From NCBI GenBank assembly GCA_040765985.1, contig JAXGRK010000002.1, positions 9,940 to 73,939 of the forward strand: a stretch of 64,000 nt of DNA. Direction: 5' to 3'. The DNA is from Candidatus Dojkabacteria bacterium. Lineage in GTDB: Bacteria; Patescibacteriota; Dojkabacteria; SC72. Position 1 is the stretch's first letter, and each line of letters begins with the position of its first letter. A model generated the notes under the pieces. It saw only the letters and a program-made list of their open reading frames with translations. It was not told the DNA's origin and did no database searches. Shown one piece after another: positions 31,613 through 42,622 of the stretch. The translations under genes and the position numbers were made by a program.

Positions 31613-33469
31613 ATGAGCTTGAAAATTGCCCCAATAAAAAAAAGACAAAGAAGTATTTTACTTACATTCCTACTTCTGCTTTCGCTACCTGTTTTTGTGT
31701 TCAGTTTACTTGAGAATCAAAGTTTTGATACCAGAAATAGAGCATTTGAAGAAATAGAATTAAGTGAACTTAATCCCTGTATAATAACATTCCCAAATGT
31801 AAACCCCTATACATTAGAAGTAAACAATACAGTCAGACTTCAGATTGATGCACTTTCAGAACAGTATGGTATCAAAAGTATCATTGTATCCGATGGTATA
31901 GGTAATACAATCTTTTCACAAACCTATAAAGATACCGTATCTAAAGTAACTGAATCCTTTTTATACACACCTACTATTGCTAGATCCTACAATTTAATGG
32001 GTACAATGGTTGATAAAAGTGATAGGACTTTCGGATGTGCGATAAGCAGTCCCTACGATGTAAAAGGCGTAAAAGCCATACTAACAAATACCAAACCGGA
32101 ATTTTTAACCTCACCAAAAGAATCAAAACCATCACAAAGTATTCAAACTAATACTACTTACGAATACACATTAGAAGCACAAGACATTGATGGAGATACA
32201 ATCAATTATTCCTACTCCTTCACTAAAGGACAAGATTGGTTGAAACCATCAATCATTGATGATGGAGGAGATGGTAAGCTAACTATTAAATTCAGGGGCA
32301 CAACAGATAAACCAGGTAGTTACTTAGCAAATGTATTCATACATGATGGGTATAGTAAACATTTATCTTCCCAATCCTGGGTAATCAGTGTAAGTCCAGA
32401 AGGTAATGATAACCCAATTGTAACAATAATAGAGCCAGAACAAAGTATTACAATTAAAGATGGCAAACCAATAAAAATAAGCTGGGAAGCGGTAGATAAC
32501 AATGGAATAATCAGATATGAAATATATATATCCTCTAATCCTGTAAACGAACTGGCCTGGGACCCCATAAACCTAGAAATTCCTCCAACACAAACCTCAT
32601 ACGATTTAGATATTAGTACCATTGCGGATGGTGCATACCGAGTAATTGTTAGAGCAATTGATAATCAAGATCCAGCAGCCGTAGGGATTGATGTTTCTGA
32701 AGAGATAATAATTGCAAAAGAGATAGAAGAGCCAGACGAACCAGATGATAAAGTTGTACTTCCACAACCCCAAATTATAAATATATCACCAACTGGAAGT
32801 GATGAAATAAGTAATCTCACACCAACAATTAAAGCTTCTCTAATAGCAACAGAGAACGGTACTATCGAAGAATCCAGCATCCTGGTTAAGATTGATGGAA
32901 AAGATATCACGAAAGATATAAAAATAAATAAGATATCTGATTCTGAATACACTGTAATATACATACCCGAAAACGCATTAGATATTGGTCTTCATAAAAT
33001 ATCTATCTACTTCAAAGATTCAAACGGGGGTGAGATTGATAAAGAGTGGACTTTCAATATCTCCGGCTCTACACAAGATTCAGATGTATTCAACATATTT
33101 GGTTTTGAAATTCCAAAACGAACTGGATACATAATAGGAGGAGGAATTGGTTTAATAGCTCTCGCCATTTTAATTCCTTTAGTAATAATGGCCGTATGGA
33201 AAGACAATTCGAAAGAAATATCAACAGGGAGTGTTGTTCTACCTAAATCTTTACCTTCTACAGAAGATGTCTTCGTACCTCAATCACAAAAGACTGTTGA
33301 GAATCTTGTGAAAGAAAGTCCTACACCACCAGAGCCAGATATCCAAGAAGATGATATTCCAGAGCCAGATATTGATACAGTATTTGATGCACCTCTACCA
33401 GAAGATGGTTTCACTAATATGTACCAACAGATTAAAGAAATCGAAGAGAAAGAAAACAAAGAGGCATAG
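31613..33469 (+). CDS. Doubly membrane-anchored multi-Ig-domain surface protein
   Basis: N-terminal TM; cadherin/Big-like repeats (NTKPEF...YEYTLEAQDIDGD; NDNPIVTIIEP...ISWEAVD); C-terminal TM and acidic Pro-rich tail. Confidence 0.8.
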   Translation: MSLKIAPIKKRQRSILLTFLLLLSLPVFVFSLLENQSFDTRNRAFEEIELSELNPCIITFPNVNPYTLEVNNTVRLQIDALSEQYGIKSIIVSDGIGNTIFSQTYKDTVSKVTESFLYTPTIARSYNLMGTMVDKSDRTFGCAISSPYDVKGVKAILTNTKPEFLTSPKESKPSQSIQTNTTYEYTLEAQDIDGDTINYSYSFTKGQDWLKPSIIDDGGDGKLTIKFRGTTDKPGSYLANVFIHDGYSKHLSSQSWVISVSPEGNDNPIVTIIEPEQSITIKDGKPIKISWEAVDNNGIIRYEIYISSNPVNELAWDPINLEIPPTQTSYDLDISTIADGAYRVIVRAIDNQDPAAVGIDVSEEIIIAKEIEEPDEPDDKVVLPQPQIINISPTGSDEISNLTPTIKASLIATENGTIEESSILVKIDGKDITKDIKINKISDSEYTVIYIPENALDIGLHKISIYFKDSNGGEIDKEWTFNISGSTQDSDVFNIFGFEIPKRTGYIIGGGIGLIALAILIPLVIMAVWKDNSKEISTGSVVLPKSLPSTEDVFVPQSQKTVENLVKESPTPPEPDIQEDDIPEPDIDTVFDAPLPEDGFTNMYQQIKEIEEKENKEA

Positions 33470-33508
33470 GAAGTTCTCCTCTCACTCCCATTTTGATATA
33501 ATCATACG

Positions 33509-35296
33509 ATGAGAAATCTTACATATTCTGAATTAAAGAACGAGTATCTAGAATTTTTTAAAAGTAAAAATCATATAGAGATACCAAGTGCCCCATTAGT
33601 ACCAGAGGATGATCCCTCTGTGCTTTTTGTTAATGCAGGAATGTTTCCGTTAGTACCTTTTCTTAAAGGAGAAAAACACCCTTTAGGAAATAGATTAGCA
33701 AATTCTCAAAGATGCCTAAGAACTGGGGATATTGATGACGTTGGAGACAACTATCACTCTACTACATTTGAGATGTTGGGTAACTGGTCATTAAATGATT
33801 ACTTCAAAAAAGAAGCCATTGAGATGTCTATTGAATTCTTTGTTGATGTATTAGGTATGGATATAAAAAGAATATATGCATCTGTATTTGCAGGAGAAGA
33901 TGCAATACCCAAAGATAATGTTTCTATAGAGGTATGGAAAGAGATATTCTCTAGATACAACATAAATGCAAAGGTAGGAAAGGGAGAAAGAATACAAGAA
34001 TATGGAAAAGAGCATAATTGGTGGGGATTACCCAACGGAGGTCCTTGTGGTCCAGATTCTGAAATATTCTACGATACAGGTAAAAAACCGTGTGGTAAGA
34101 ACTGCCATATTAACTGCAATTGTGGGAAATATATAGAGATAGGAAATAATGTATTTATGGAATACCTTCTAGAGAATGGAATGTATCTACCCCTTGGTAA
34201 ACATAACGTTGATTTTGGTGGAGGACTTGAAAGATTAGTCATGATTACCCAAGGAGTAGAATCTTTCTATGAAATTGATATATACAAACCAATATTTGAA
34301 AAAGTTAAGGAAATATCTAAATCTGAAAACATTCAATCACAAAGAATAGTTACTGACCATATTAAAGCAGCTACATGGATAATCGCTGATGGAGTAAAAC
34401 CATCTAATACAATGCAGGGCTACATACTAAGAAGATTAATCAGAAGAGCAATGAGACACGCTAGAATACTAAATATCAATTCCCCTTTTATTAAAGAAAT
34501 TGCCGAAATATCTATAAACCAATTTAAAGGCGAATGGATTAAATTAGAACAAAACAGAGATGAGATATTAAATACTCTAAGCCAAGAAGAGGAGAAATTT
34601 AATAAGACATTAGAGAAGGGTTTAAAGGAACTAGACCATTTAATAGAAAGAAAAAAGAACATATCAGGAGAAGACATATTTAGAATGTATGAAACATATG
34701 GTCTTCCTAAAGAGGTAACTGAAGAGATATTACAAGAGAAAAATATAGAGATAATAGATACAAGTACTTTTGAAAAAGCCAAGTTAGAACATAAGAAGAA
34801 ATCTCAGACCTCATCCTCTGGAATTTTCAAAGGTGGTTTAGCAGACACATCAGAAATGTCTACAAAATATCATACGGCTTCTCATTTGCTTCTTTCTGCT
34901 CTACGTAAAGTACTTGGAGATCATATATATCAGAAAGGAAGTAACATTACACCCGAAAGATTGAGATTGGATTTCCCCAATTCTGAGAAATTAACAAATG
35001 AACAAATTCAAGAAGTAGAGAATTTAATTAACAAAGCAATAGGAAATCAATTATCGGTTACCTTTAAAGAAGTATCAAAAGATGAAGCATTAAAACTTGT
35101 TCCCTTTGCAGCTTTCGAAGAGAAGTATGGAAGTAAAGTTAAACTTTACACAATTGGAGATTCTCAAAACCCCTTCTCCGTTGAGATATGTAACGGTCCT
35201 CATGTTTCAAATATTTCTGTATTAGGTAAATTCAAAATAGTAAAACAAGAAAGTGTAGGTACAGGAATTAAAAGAATAAAAGCAATACTAGAATAG
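33509..35296 (+). CDS. alaS: Alanine--tRNA ligase, short form
   Basis: LFVNAGMFPL, QRCLRTGDIDDVG, FEMLGNWS, GYILRRLIRR, editing HTASH and CNGPH. Confidence 0.97.
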   Translation: MRNLTYSELKNEYLEFFKSKNHIEIPSAPLVPEDDPSVLFVNAGMFPLVPFLKGEKHPLGNRLANSQRCLRTGDIDDVGDNYHSTTFEMLGNWSLNDYFKKEAIEMSIEFFVDVLGMDIKRIYASVFAGEDAIPKDNVSIEVWKEIFSRYNINAKVGKGERIQEYGKEHNWWGLPNGGPCGPDSEIFYDTGKKPCGKNCHINCNCGKYIEIGNNVFMEYLLENGMYLPLGKHNVDFGGGLERLVMITQGVESFYEIDIYKPIFEKVKEISKSENIQSQRIVTDHIKAATWIIADGVKPSNTMQGYILRRLIRRAMRHARILNINSPFIKEIAEISINQFKGEWIKLEQNRDEILNTLSQEEEKFNKTLEKGLKELDHLIERKKNISGEDIFRMYETYGLPKEVTEEILQEKNIEIIDTSTFEKAKLEHKKKSQTSSSGIFKGGLADTSEMSTKYHTASHLLLSALRKVLGDHIYQKGSNITPERLRLDFPNSEKLTNEQIQEVENLINKAIGNQLSVTFKEVSKDEALKLVPFAAFEEKYGSKVKLYTIGDSQNPFSVEICNGPHVSNISVLGKFKIVKQESVGTGIKRIKAILE

Positions 35297-35298
35297 AT

Positions 35299-35739
35299 AT
35301 GCAAACAGAAAAACCCATATTAGCAATTGATTACGGAGAAAAAAGAATCGGATTAGCAATCTCAGATACTAAGGGAATAATTGCATCCCCGCTTGATGTA
35401 CTTAAAATTACAAAAAATAGAAATATAAATAACATATTAGAAGAACTACTACTCATAGTAGATGAATACAGAGTAAAAAGTATACTGATAGGTATGCCCC
35501 AAGAGTTTGAAACTTCATATTCTAAATCTATAAACAAGATTAAATCGTTTGCAAAAAAATTAACAGACCTAACAGAGATACCTGTAATATTTCAAGATGA
35601 AAGCTATTCTACTACTCAAGCCCAGAATATGTTACTATCTCTAGGACAAAGTACTAGGTCATCAAGGGGAAAAATTGATATGATATCAGCAACCTTGTTC
35701 CTTCAAGAATTTCTAAATTCTAATAATAAACAGAAATGA
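35299..35739 (+). CDS. yqgF: YqgF/RuvX family nuclease
   Basis: LAIDYGEKRIGLAISD, DESYST, ID..SA..FLQ. Confidence 0.95.
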   Translation: MQTEKPILAIDYGEKRIGLAISDTKGIIASPLDVLKITKNRNINNILEELLLIVDEYRVKSILIGMPQEFETSYSKSINKIKSFAKKLTDLTEIPVIFQDESYSTTQAQNMLLSLGQSTRSSRGKIDMISATLFLQEFLNSNNKQK

Positions 35740-36737
35740 AATCTTTAATTAAAATATTTCTCTTAGCACTACTTACTGTTGCATTGATTGTTTTCCTCGC
35801 AAAGAAAAATTACGACACAGTAATAGATCAACCCAATAGTGAAAGTACTGAAAAAATAACCTTTCAGATAGTAACAGGAGAGTCAGTAGATTCAATAATC
35901 CAAAAATTAGTAGATTTAGGAGTATTGAAAGAGAAGTGGGCTAATTACTTAAGAATATATTTAAAAATAAATAACCTAGCAGAAAAGATACAAGCTGGAA
36001 CATATGAATTACCTAAGAATTTAAGTATAAAAGAAATAGCAGAAACAATTCAAAGAGCTAGAGGATTAGATATTTGGGTAACAATACCAGAAGGATTAAG
36101 AAAAGATGAAATAGCAGAAATACTGTACACTGAACTTTCAAAAAGTAGCAATCAGGTGTTTAGTAAAGAAGAATTCTTACAATTAACTACAAATACCTCC
36201 TTTATTTCAACATTGGGATTTTCTAAATATACACCAACCGATTTAGAGGGATATCTCTTTCCTGACAAGTATGCTTTCTCCGTAGATGAAACTACTCAAG
36301 ATGTTTTAACTAAAATGATTAGAAATTTCATAAACAAAGTTGGTGAAAATGACTCTTACGAAGATCTTATTATCGCTTCCATGGTAGAAAGAGAAGGAAG
36401 AACATCTGAAGATCGACCAATGATTGCAGATATAATAAATAAGAGATATGAAGAAGGATGGCTTCTGCAAATATGTGCAACCATACTCTATCTAAAGAAA
36501 GATTGGGAACATGTTATTACAAAACAAGATATGGCAGAAGAGAATCCGTATAACACTTACAAAACTCCTGGATTACCTCCTACCCCAATTTGCAATCCTG
36601 GTCTAGCAGCTATTGATGCAGTAAGAAACCCTGAATCCAATCCCTACTACTACTACATACACGATGATGATGGAAATATACACTATGGAAAAACTCTAGA
36701 CGAACATAATAGAAATATTGAAACATATCTTAGATAA
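35736..36737 (+). CDS. mltG: Endolytic transglycosylase MltG
   Basis: VTIPEG, LEGYLFPDKY, ASMVERE, NPYNTYKTPGLPPTPICNPG. Confidence 0.95.
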   Translation: MKSLIKIFLLALLTVALIVFLAKKNYDTVIDQPNSESTEKITFQIVTGESVDSIIQKLVDLGVLKEKWANYLRIYLKINNLAEKIQAGTYELPKNLSIKEIAETIQRARGLDIWVTIPEGLRKDEIAEILYTELSKSSNQVFSKEEFLQLTTNTSFISTLGFSKYTPTDLEGYLFPDKYAFSVDETTQDVLTKMIRNFINKVGENDSYEDLIIASMVEREGRTSEDRPMIADIINKRYEEGWLLQICATILYLKKDWEHVITKQDMAEENPYNTYKTPGLPPTPICNPGLAAIDAVRNPESNPYYYYIHDDDGNIHYGKTLDEHNRNIETYLR

Positions 36738-36760
36738 TTTAAATTGACCTGTAAGCCCCA

Positions 36761-38198
36761 ATGACAGTATCTATTGACATGACAGACAAGGAGATTTTAC
36801 CAAAAGGTCCCATTATCTTAGATTCAAATAATCTAAAAACCAAAAAAAGAAAACATTGGATATTTATCCCTCTTTCAATTTTACTCATCACTATTCTTGG
36901 TATCGGAATATATTTTCTTTACAAAGGGTACAAAGTTGGAGAAGGAATCGGCTTTAATTTCTCTCCCGGTAATTTAATTGATATTAAGAAGGATCCAGAA
37001 TTAAAAAAAGATAGTACACAAACATATACGAATATATTACTTGTTGGTATAGATACAAGAGAAAATTCTAAATTACTAAATACAGATGTCATTATCTTAG
37101 CATCGTATAATCATCTAACCAAAGATATTGTAATGATCTCTGTACCAAGAGATTTCTATGCTCAGGTTAATCCAGATAGGGTTGGTTTTAGTAAAATTAA
37201 TTCTGCATATTCAATAAATGAAGCTAAAAAGAGTGATTACGGTTTGGAAGTACTTCAAGATATCGTAGAAGATATAACTGGTATGGAAATTCAATACCAT
37301 GCAATGATAAATTTCGAGGGCTTTATTGAATTGATTGATGCAGTAGGAGGTGTGTATGTTAATGTTGAGAACAGTTTCACTGATTACAGATACCCACTTG
37401 GAACTAAATATCAGACAGTATCATTCAAAGAAGGACCGCAATTGATGGATGGAGAAACTGCTTTGAAATATGCCAGATCCAGACACTCTCAACAAAATGG
37501 AGAGGCTCAGATTATGCAAGAGCTAGAAGACAACAAAAGGTAATGGATTCATTTAAAGAAGCCCTACTAAGTACAGAAACTCTTCTCAACCCTACAAAAG
37601 TCATGTCTCTATTAAGTTCTGTACAAGATAATCTTCAAATTTCTGAATTCTCTTTAGAAGATGTTCAAGCAGGTGTAAATATTCTTAAATCATTAAATTC
37701 TGAAGAACAAAAAGCTTCAACCTACTCCTTTGTCTTAGATCCTACAGTAGGAAATTACTCACTAATTACTACAAATGTACCTAGTGAAGGTTACGCAATT
37801 GGCCCAAAAGAGGGCTTGGGAAATACACAAAAATTAATGAATATGTCCAACTTGTAATTAAAAATCCTCTACTTTACTCTGAGAATCCATCCATATACAC
37901 TTACGATGTTGGATTAGGATACAAAGAAAGTAATACAGAAACCCAAGAATTAAAAGACCAGTTTAAATATCTTAATATACGATTCCAAGGTACAAAATTT
38001 AAAGATAAAGAAGGAACATATATATATTCAAATATTACCGATGAATTCGTCAAATCCGTTGACTTCATATCACAATATCTTAAAATTGAAAACAAGAGTA
38101 AACCAGAATACTTAACAACAAATACAGGTGGAGATATATCTATCCTCTTTGGTAAAGAGATTTTAGATCAACAAATTATCCAAGAAGAAGTAGAATAA
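36761..38198 (+). CDS. LCP (LytR-CpsA-Psr) family protein (indels near 37505 and 37825)
   Basis: NILLVGID, TDVII, SVPRDF, KINSAY, LIDAVGGV, ALKYARSRH; shifted frame gives DYARARRQQKV. Confidence 0.88.
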
Positions 38199-38200
38199 AA

Positions 38201-39130
38201 ATGTACAAACTATATATTGGAAATGAAACTTATCTATCTTTTAAAAATGCTCGAATTGCTTTAAAAGAGTTAATAGAAAATACAGATAGTGAATATATTT
38301 CAATAGATGCTGAAAAAATCGATAGCTCTAAAATTATTGAACTTCTATCTTCTCAATCCCTATTTAATAAACCCAGGGTTCTTTTTATCAAAAGATTATA
38401 CAAAAACAAAGATAAAGAAACTTTAATCCCCTCCCTTTTTGAATATTTAGAAAAAGATTCAACCGACAATGTAATACTTTGGGAAGATCAGAAAGTTAGC
38501 TCTATTACAAAATACGTTAAGTTTTTTAAATCAAAAAAACTCTTAGAAGAGTATAACAAACTAACTAAACCATCCTTTAATAAATATGCTAGAGAGTTAT
38601 GTCTAGAATACAACCTATCTATTGATAACCAGTTAATAAATACTCTCTCGAATTACTCAAATTACAGTGTAGAGAGATTAGAGAACAGTATAAAGAAAAT
38701 CAAACTACTTTCAGATTCACAAACAGTAACTAAAAATGATATAGACAGTATAGTAGTAGATACTTTAGAACAAGATATATGGATACTTTTAGACGAGATG
38801 AACTCCTCTCAAGGAAAACCATTACTTGTACTGGAAAGAATATTGAAACAGGGAATAGATTCAAAATATATACTCCCTATGATTGCCCGAAACCTTCGTT
38901 TAATAACTTTAACAAAATATTTAACAACAAATAGCTCTTCATTTTCTGAAATTGCCTCATTATTAAAAATACCACCATTTACAGTTAGACCTCTAGTAGA
39001 AGCAAGTAATAAATATGATTGGGAACAAATAAAGAGCAAATATGAGAAATTATCTAATCTTGATTATGAAATCAAGATAGGTAAAATAGATTCAAAACTT
39101 GGCTTAACACTCTTTTGTACAACAATGTAA
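38201..39130 (+). CDS. holA: DNA polymerase III delta subunit
   Basis: LYIGNETY, SQSLF, C-terminal LKIPPFTV...LSNLDYEIKIG. Confidence 0.8.
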   Translation: MYKLYIGNETYLSFKNARIALKELIENTDSEYISIDAEKIDSSKIIELLSSQSLFNKPRVLFIKRLYKNKDKETLIPSLFEYLEKDSTDNVILWEDQKVSSITKYVKFFKSKKLLEEYNKLTKPSFNKYARELCLEYNLSIDNQLINTLSNYSNYSVERLENSIKKIKLLSDSQTVTKNDIDSIVVDTLEQDIWILLDEMNSSQGKPLLVLERILKQGIDSKYILPMIARNLRLITLTKYLTTNSSSFSEIASLLKIPPFTVRPLVEASNKYDWEQIKSKYEKLSNLDYEIKIGKIDSKLGLTLFCTTM

Positions 39131-39213
39131 AAATTGTTGTTGACATTACTATCCTTGTTCTCATAAACTCTATATATATAGTCGACCTAATAATATACAT
39201 ATAAGTTATTTTA

Positions 39214-40941
39214 ATGGATAGACAGGATAAAGGAACTAAAAAAACATTACGAGCCCTTATCGTTGTAGGAGCCATTCTTCTCTTAACACTAATAGGTGCT
39301 GTCATATATTTTTTCCTCATTGAAAAAAGCGGTACACCATCAGAAGAGGAACAAAGTAAAAGCTGTGGCTGCTATATAATAGATCCAAATGTCTCTAGTG
39401 AATGTGGAGATCCCAAAAGAGCATTCCTCTTTAATCTTAATACTGTATCTTCGGAGGAAACATGTAATGCACAGTGTGATATTAACGAAGTTGCCGATAA
39501 TTTACTTAATAGCAGTACTCCAAGGGAATCATACAAAATTTGTACGATACGAAGTATCTCTGACACTAGGTGTGAGAATATGATTCTTAAAGATCAAGAT
39601 GGTAAAATCATAACTGGAAGAATAAAACCAACTGATGAAATAAATATTGAAGCTACATTTGAGAAATCTACATATACAGATTACATGTTTAAAGTTAACT
39701 CAGAAGACCAAGCCCCAGATAAAGTTGATGGAAATAAAATAACAAAGAAGCTATCTGATTTTAACAATGTAACCTCTGTTGAGATATTTGCTACAGCTAA
39801 AGATTCGCAGGAAGATCAAATCAATTCATTGGTATGTAGAAGAATTGTAGATATAGAATCTACAGGGCAAAGCTCCGTTACAAATCTCGTTGCAATTACC
39901 GAGCAACAAGACGATGGTAAAACAAAAATATCTCAAATAACAATATCTGTTGGACAGATAACTAGTAATAATATAAAAATAAGATTCTCCTTTAGTGGGG
40001 GGTTCTCTGCACTAACAGCAACAGATGGAGTAACAGTTGAACAGGAAAAAGGAGTATTAAGTATGGCAAAACTAGACCTATATGACACATCTAATTTCGC
40101 AAGTGATTCATTTAACATTCTTAATAATCATCTTGGGGATTTAGATATATCTGCAGAGGTTTTTGTCGATGATGTTAGTATAGGATCAGCAAGTACTACA
40201 GTACAATTTAAAGATACTTCAGGAGGAACTGAGCCAGAAACACCAATTACAGAGGATGATAAATCTAATTTCACTGTAACAAAAGTTGCCTCAGAAAGCT
40301 GTTTAGAAAAAGTAGAGAACAGTAATAGAGTTCAATATACAATCTCTGTTACAAACTTAAAAGATGTACAAGATAGTATCGCATCCATTAAGGATAAACT
40401 TCCACTTGGATTCACATATATTGTAAATAGTTCAGTTCTAAATAACACATCTACCTCGGATACAAACTTAGTTTTTGTTACACCTGTAGGAGATTCTCAG
40501 GAAGTTGTCTGGGAACCAGCATCTCCATGGGTTGTACCAGCGAATGGTACTCTGATAATAAATTTTGAAGCACTAGCAGGAGCTAATTCAATAATTGGGG
40601 ATAATCTAAATGAAGTAATTGTTACACCAATTGAAATACCAGCAGATCCTGCAACCTTAAGAGCCCAAGTATCAGTTACTGTTGCCCAAGACTGTAGTAA
40701 TATCCCTGTAACTCCATCTACTGGTATATTTGATACTTTCATAGGAAGAATCTTAGTAGGGATATTTATACTCCTGATTGGTTGGATTATATACTCTAGA
40801 CCTCAAGGTAATTTCATTGCCGAAAGAATAGTGAAATCGAGTATGTATGATGATTTCGAACTAGCAAAATACAGGGTGTTTAATCCAAAGAAATATTTTG
40901 AAGAAAAGATTGTAAGAAGTAAATCTAAAGAGAATCGATAG
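39214..40941 (+). CDS. Membrane-anchored DUF11-domain surface protein with TPSTG motif
   Basis: N-terminal TM and Cys cluster; FTVTKVA...VQYTISVTN...IKDKLPLGFTY; TPSTG + TM near the C-terminus. Confidence 0.75.
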   Translation: MDRQDKGTKKTLRALIVVGAILLLTLIGAVIYFFLIEKSGTPSEEEQSKSCGCYIIDPNVSSECGDPKRAFLFNLNTVSSEETCNAQCDINEVADNLLNSSTPRESYKICTIRSISDTRCENMILKDQDGKIITGRIKPTDEINIEATFEKSTYTDYMFKVNSEDQAPDKVDGNKITKKLSDFNNVTSVEIFATAKDSQEDQINSLVCRRIVDIESTGQSSVTNLVAITEQQDDGKTKISQITISVGQITSNNIKIRFSFSGGFSALTATDGVTVEQEKGVLSMAKLDLYDTSNFASDSFNILNNHLGDLDISAEVFVDDVSIGSASTTVQFKDTSGGTEPETPITEDDKSNFTVTKVASESCLEKVENSNRVQYTISVTNLKDVQDSIASIKDKLPLGFTYIVNSSVLNNTSTSDTNLVFVTPVGDSQEVVWEPASPWVVPANGTLIINFEALAGANSIIGDNLNEVIVTPIEIPADPATLRAQVSVTVAQDCSNIPVTPSTGIFDTFIGRILVGIFILLIGWIIYSRPQGNFIAERIVKSSMYDDFELAKYRVFNPKKYFEEKIVRSKSKENR

Positions 40942-41320
40942 AGAATTGAAGAGGTAAACCATCTTTTCCATAACTATTCCCATTAGACAATATTGAAAAG
41001 TAATACTCCTTTGTACTAACTAACTGTTTTAAAGTAACAATATGTTCCTTACTTAAAGTATCATTCACTAAATCAACCCCTACCAGCTCTAATACTTTCA
41101 TCTCTTTACCATAAAGGATATAACCTGAACACTTCTCTTTACTCCTCCAAAGTATATCTACAGAATTCTCTTGAACACCCTTTCTAATATCAACATTAAA
41201 TGGAGTACAGCCCTCAACATATGCCGATCCTTCAGAACCAGACACTTTAAAAAAGAATATACCTACTACAACAAGTAGTAAACTTAATGCACCCAATGTA
41301 ATATGCCAACTACTCTTCAT
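40925..41320 (-). CDS. Small FN3-like membrane protein
   Basis: TM then PFNVDI...ILWRS...YG...HIVTLKQL...EYYFSI; ATG at 41320. Confidence 0.7.
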   Translation of the reverse strand: MKSSWHITLGALSLLLVVVGIFFFKVSGSEGSAYVEGCTPFNVDIRKGVQENSVDILWRSKEKCSGYILYGKEMKVLELVGVDLVNDTLSKEHIVTLKQLVSTKEYYFSILSNGNSYGKDGLPLQFSIDSL

Positions 41321-41710
41321 TTGCTTTAACAATAATATAATCAATTAAATTATAAACATTAGATCTCCCATATATTGTAATCTCTAATTTATGATCCCCA
41401 ATATCTGAAATAGTTGGAATACCATATAAATACCTTCGATCCCTTAATTCGATCCACTCTACACCACTAATAACTATTTCTACTTCCTCTATATTACATC
41501 CTACAATATTTGGAACAAAGTAATACTCTTTTCCAACATAGGCGATATTAGGAATTACATTACTAATATACGGTTTACAACCGGTCTCTTGAATATTTAC
41601 ACCTTTAACACTCTTCGTTACTCTTCTTGATTAAATAGATTGAAGAGACTATTGCTACAGATGGAATTAGAATAAAGCACAGTATAAAGTACTCTCTTTG
41701 TATTAATCAT
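41310..41710 (-). CDS. Small putative Ig-domain membrane protein (indel in 5' part)
   Basis: Manual translation PYISNVIPNIAYVGKEYYFVP...EWIEL...LYGIPTISDIGDHKLEITI. Confidence 0.55.
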
Positions 41711-41806
41711 ATATAAAATAGTGTATCAATAAAATTTTCTGTTTACAAACTCCATTTCAATATATATAATACAACACAGTTATCAATCATTTTATTAATT
41801 AAGAAA

Positions 41807-42102
41807 ATGCCAAATTTAAAAACATCTATTAAAGATTTAAGAAGTTCAAAGAAAAACCGTTTACAATGACAGATTAAGAAAAAGAGTTAAAGAAATCTGT
41901 TAAGAATTTTACTAACGCATTAAATATCGGAGAAAAGAAGTAAAGCCGAGAAAGTATTAAAAAATGTTTACAAAGTTCTTGACAAAGCAGCTAAGAAAAA
42001 TGTTATAAACAAAGGTAAAGGCAAGTCGAAAAAAATCACGACTTGCAGTTCAACAACAAACTGTCCAAAGATAATGTCAAAACTACTCAAAAGAGCTCTT
42101 AA
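41807..42102 (+). CDS. rpsT: 30S ribosomal protein S20 (several indels)
   Basis: MPNLKTSIKDLR...YNDRLRKRVK...VYKVLDKAAKKNVINKGK.SRKKSRL. Confidence 0.9.
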
Positions 42103-42622
42103 AAATTCTTTAGTACCCGCAATCCTTATGATTGCTGGAAAAGCTTTAGGAATTTTTATAGTAAGTGCAAAATATGGTTTCCCATTAGAAATTGGGAATG
42201 ATCTTAATGGTATTTTCTCAACACAAATATACTTTAATGACATACAAACCACCTACTTTGTTAACTCAGTATCAGATTTAATAATGCTAATAGTAATATC
42301 GGTACCCACTGCTTACCAAATAATTAAGACTGCAATATTTCAATCTACTTTTAGTAACCCTAAAACTATCGTTAAAATAGCGAAATTCAATATGATTCAA
42401 TGGATAACCAGAAACGATACAACATTTCTTAAAATATTTGTATGGTGTGCATTTCTGTGGTTATGTACAGGTGTAATAGTAAAGAATGCTCTCGAAGGAG
42501 ATACTTTTACATGGATAGCCATACTTGCAGGATCTCTCTCTTTACTTTCTGGTTTTGGAGCTTTAAAAACATTTGAAATTGAAATCAATAGGGTATATCC
42601 TGATAGTAAGAAATATTACTAA
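42074..42622 (+). CDS. Four-TM hypothetical membrane protein
   Basis: 182 aa ORF with four hydrophobic segments. Confidence 0.75.
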   Translation: MSKLLKRALKNSLVPAILMIAGKALGIFIVSAKYGFPLEIGNDLNGIFSTQIYFNDIQTTYFVNSVSDLIMLIVISVPTAYQIIKTAIFQSTFSNPKTIVKIAKFNMIQWITRNDTTFLKIFVWCAFLWLCTGVIVKNALEGDTFTWIAILAGSLSLLSGFGALKTFEIEINRVYPDSKKYY

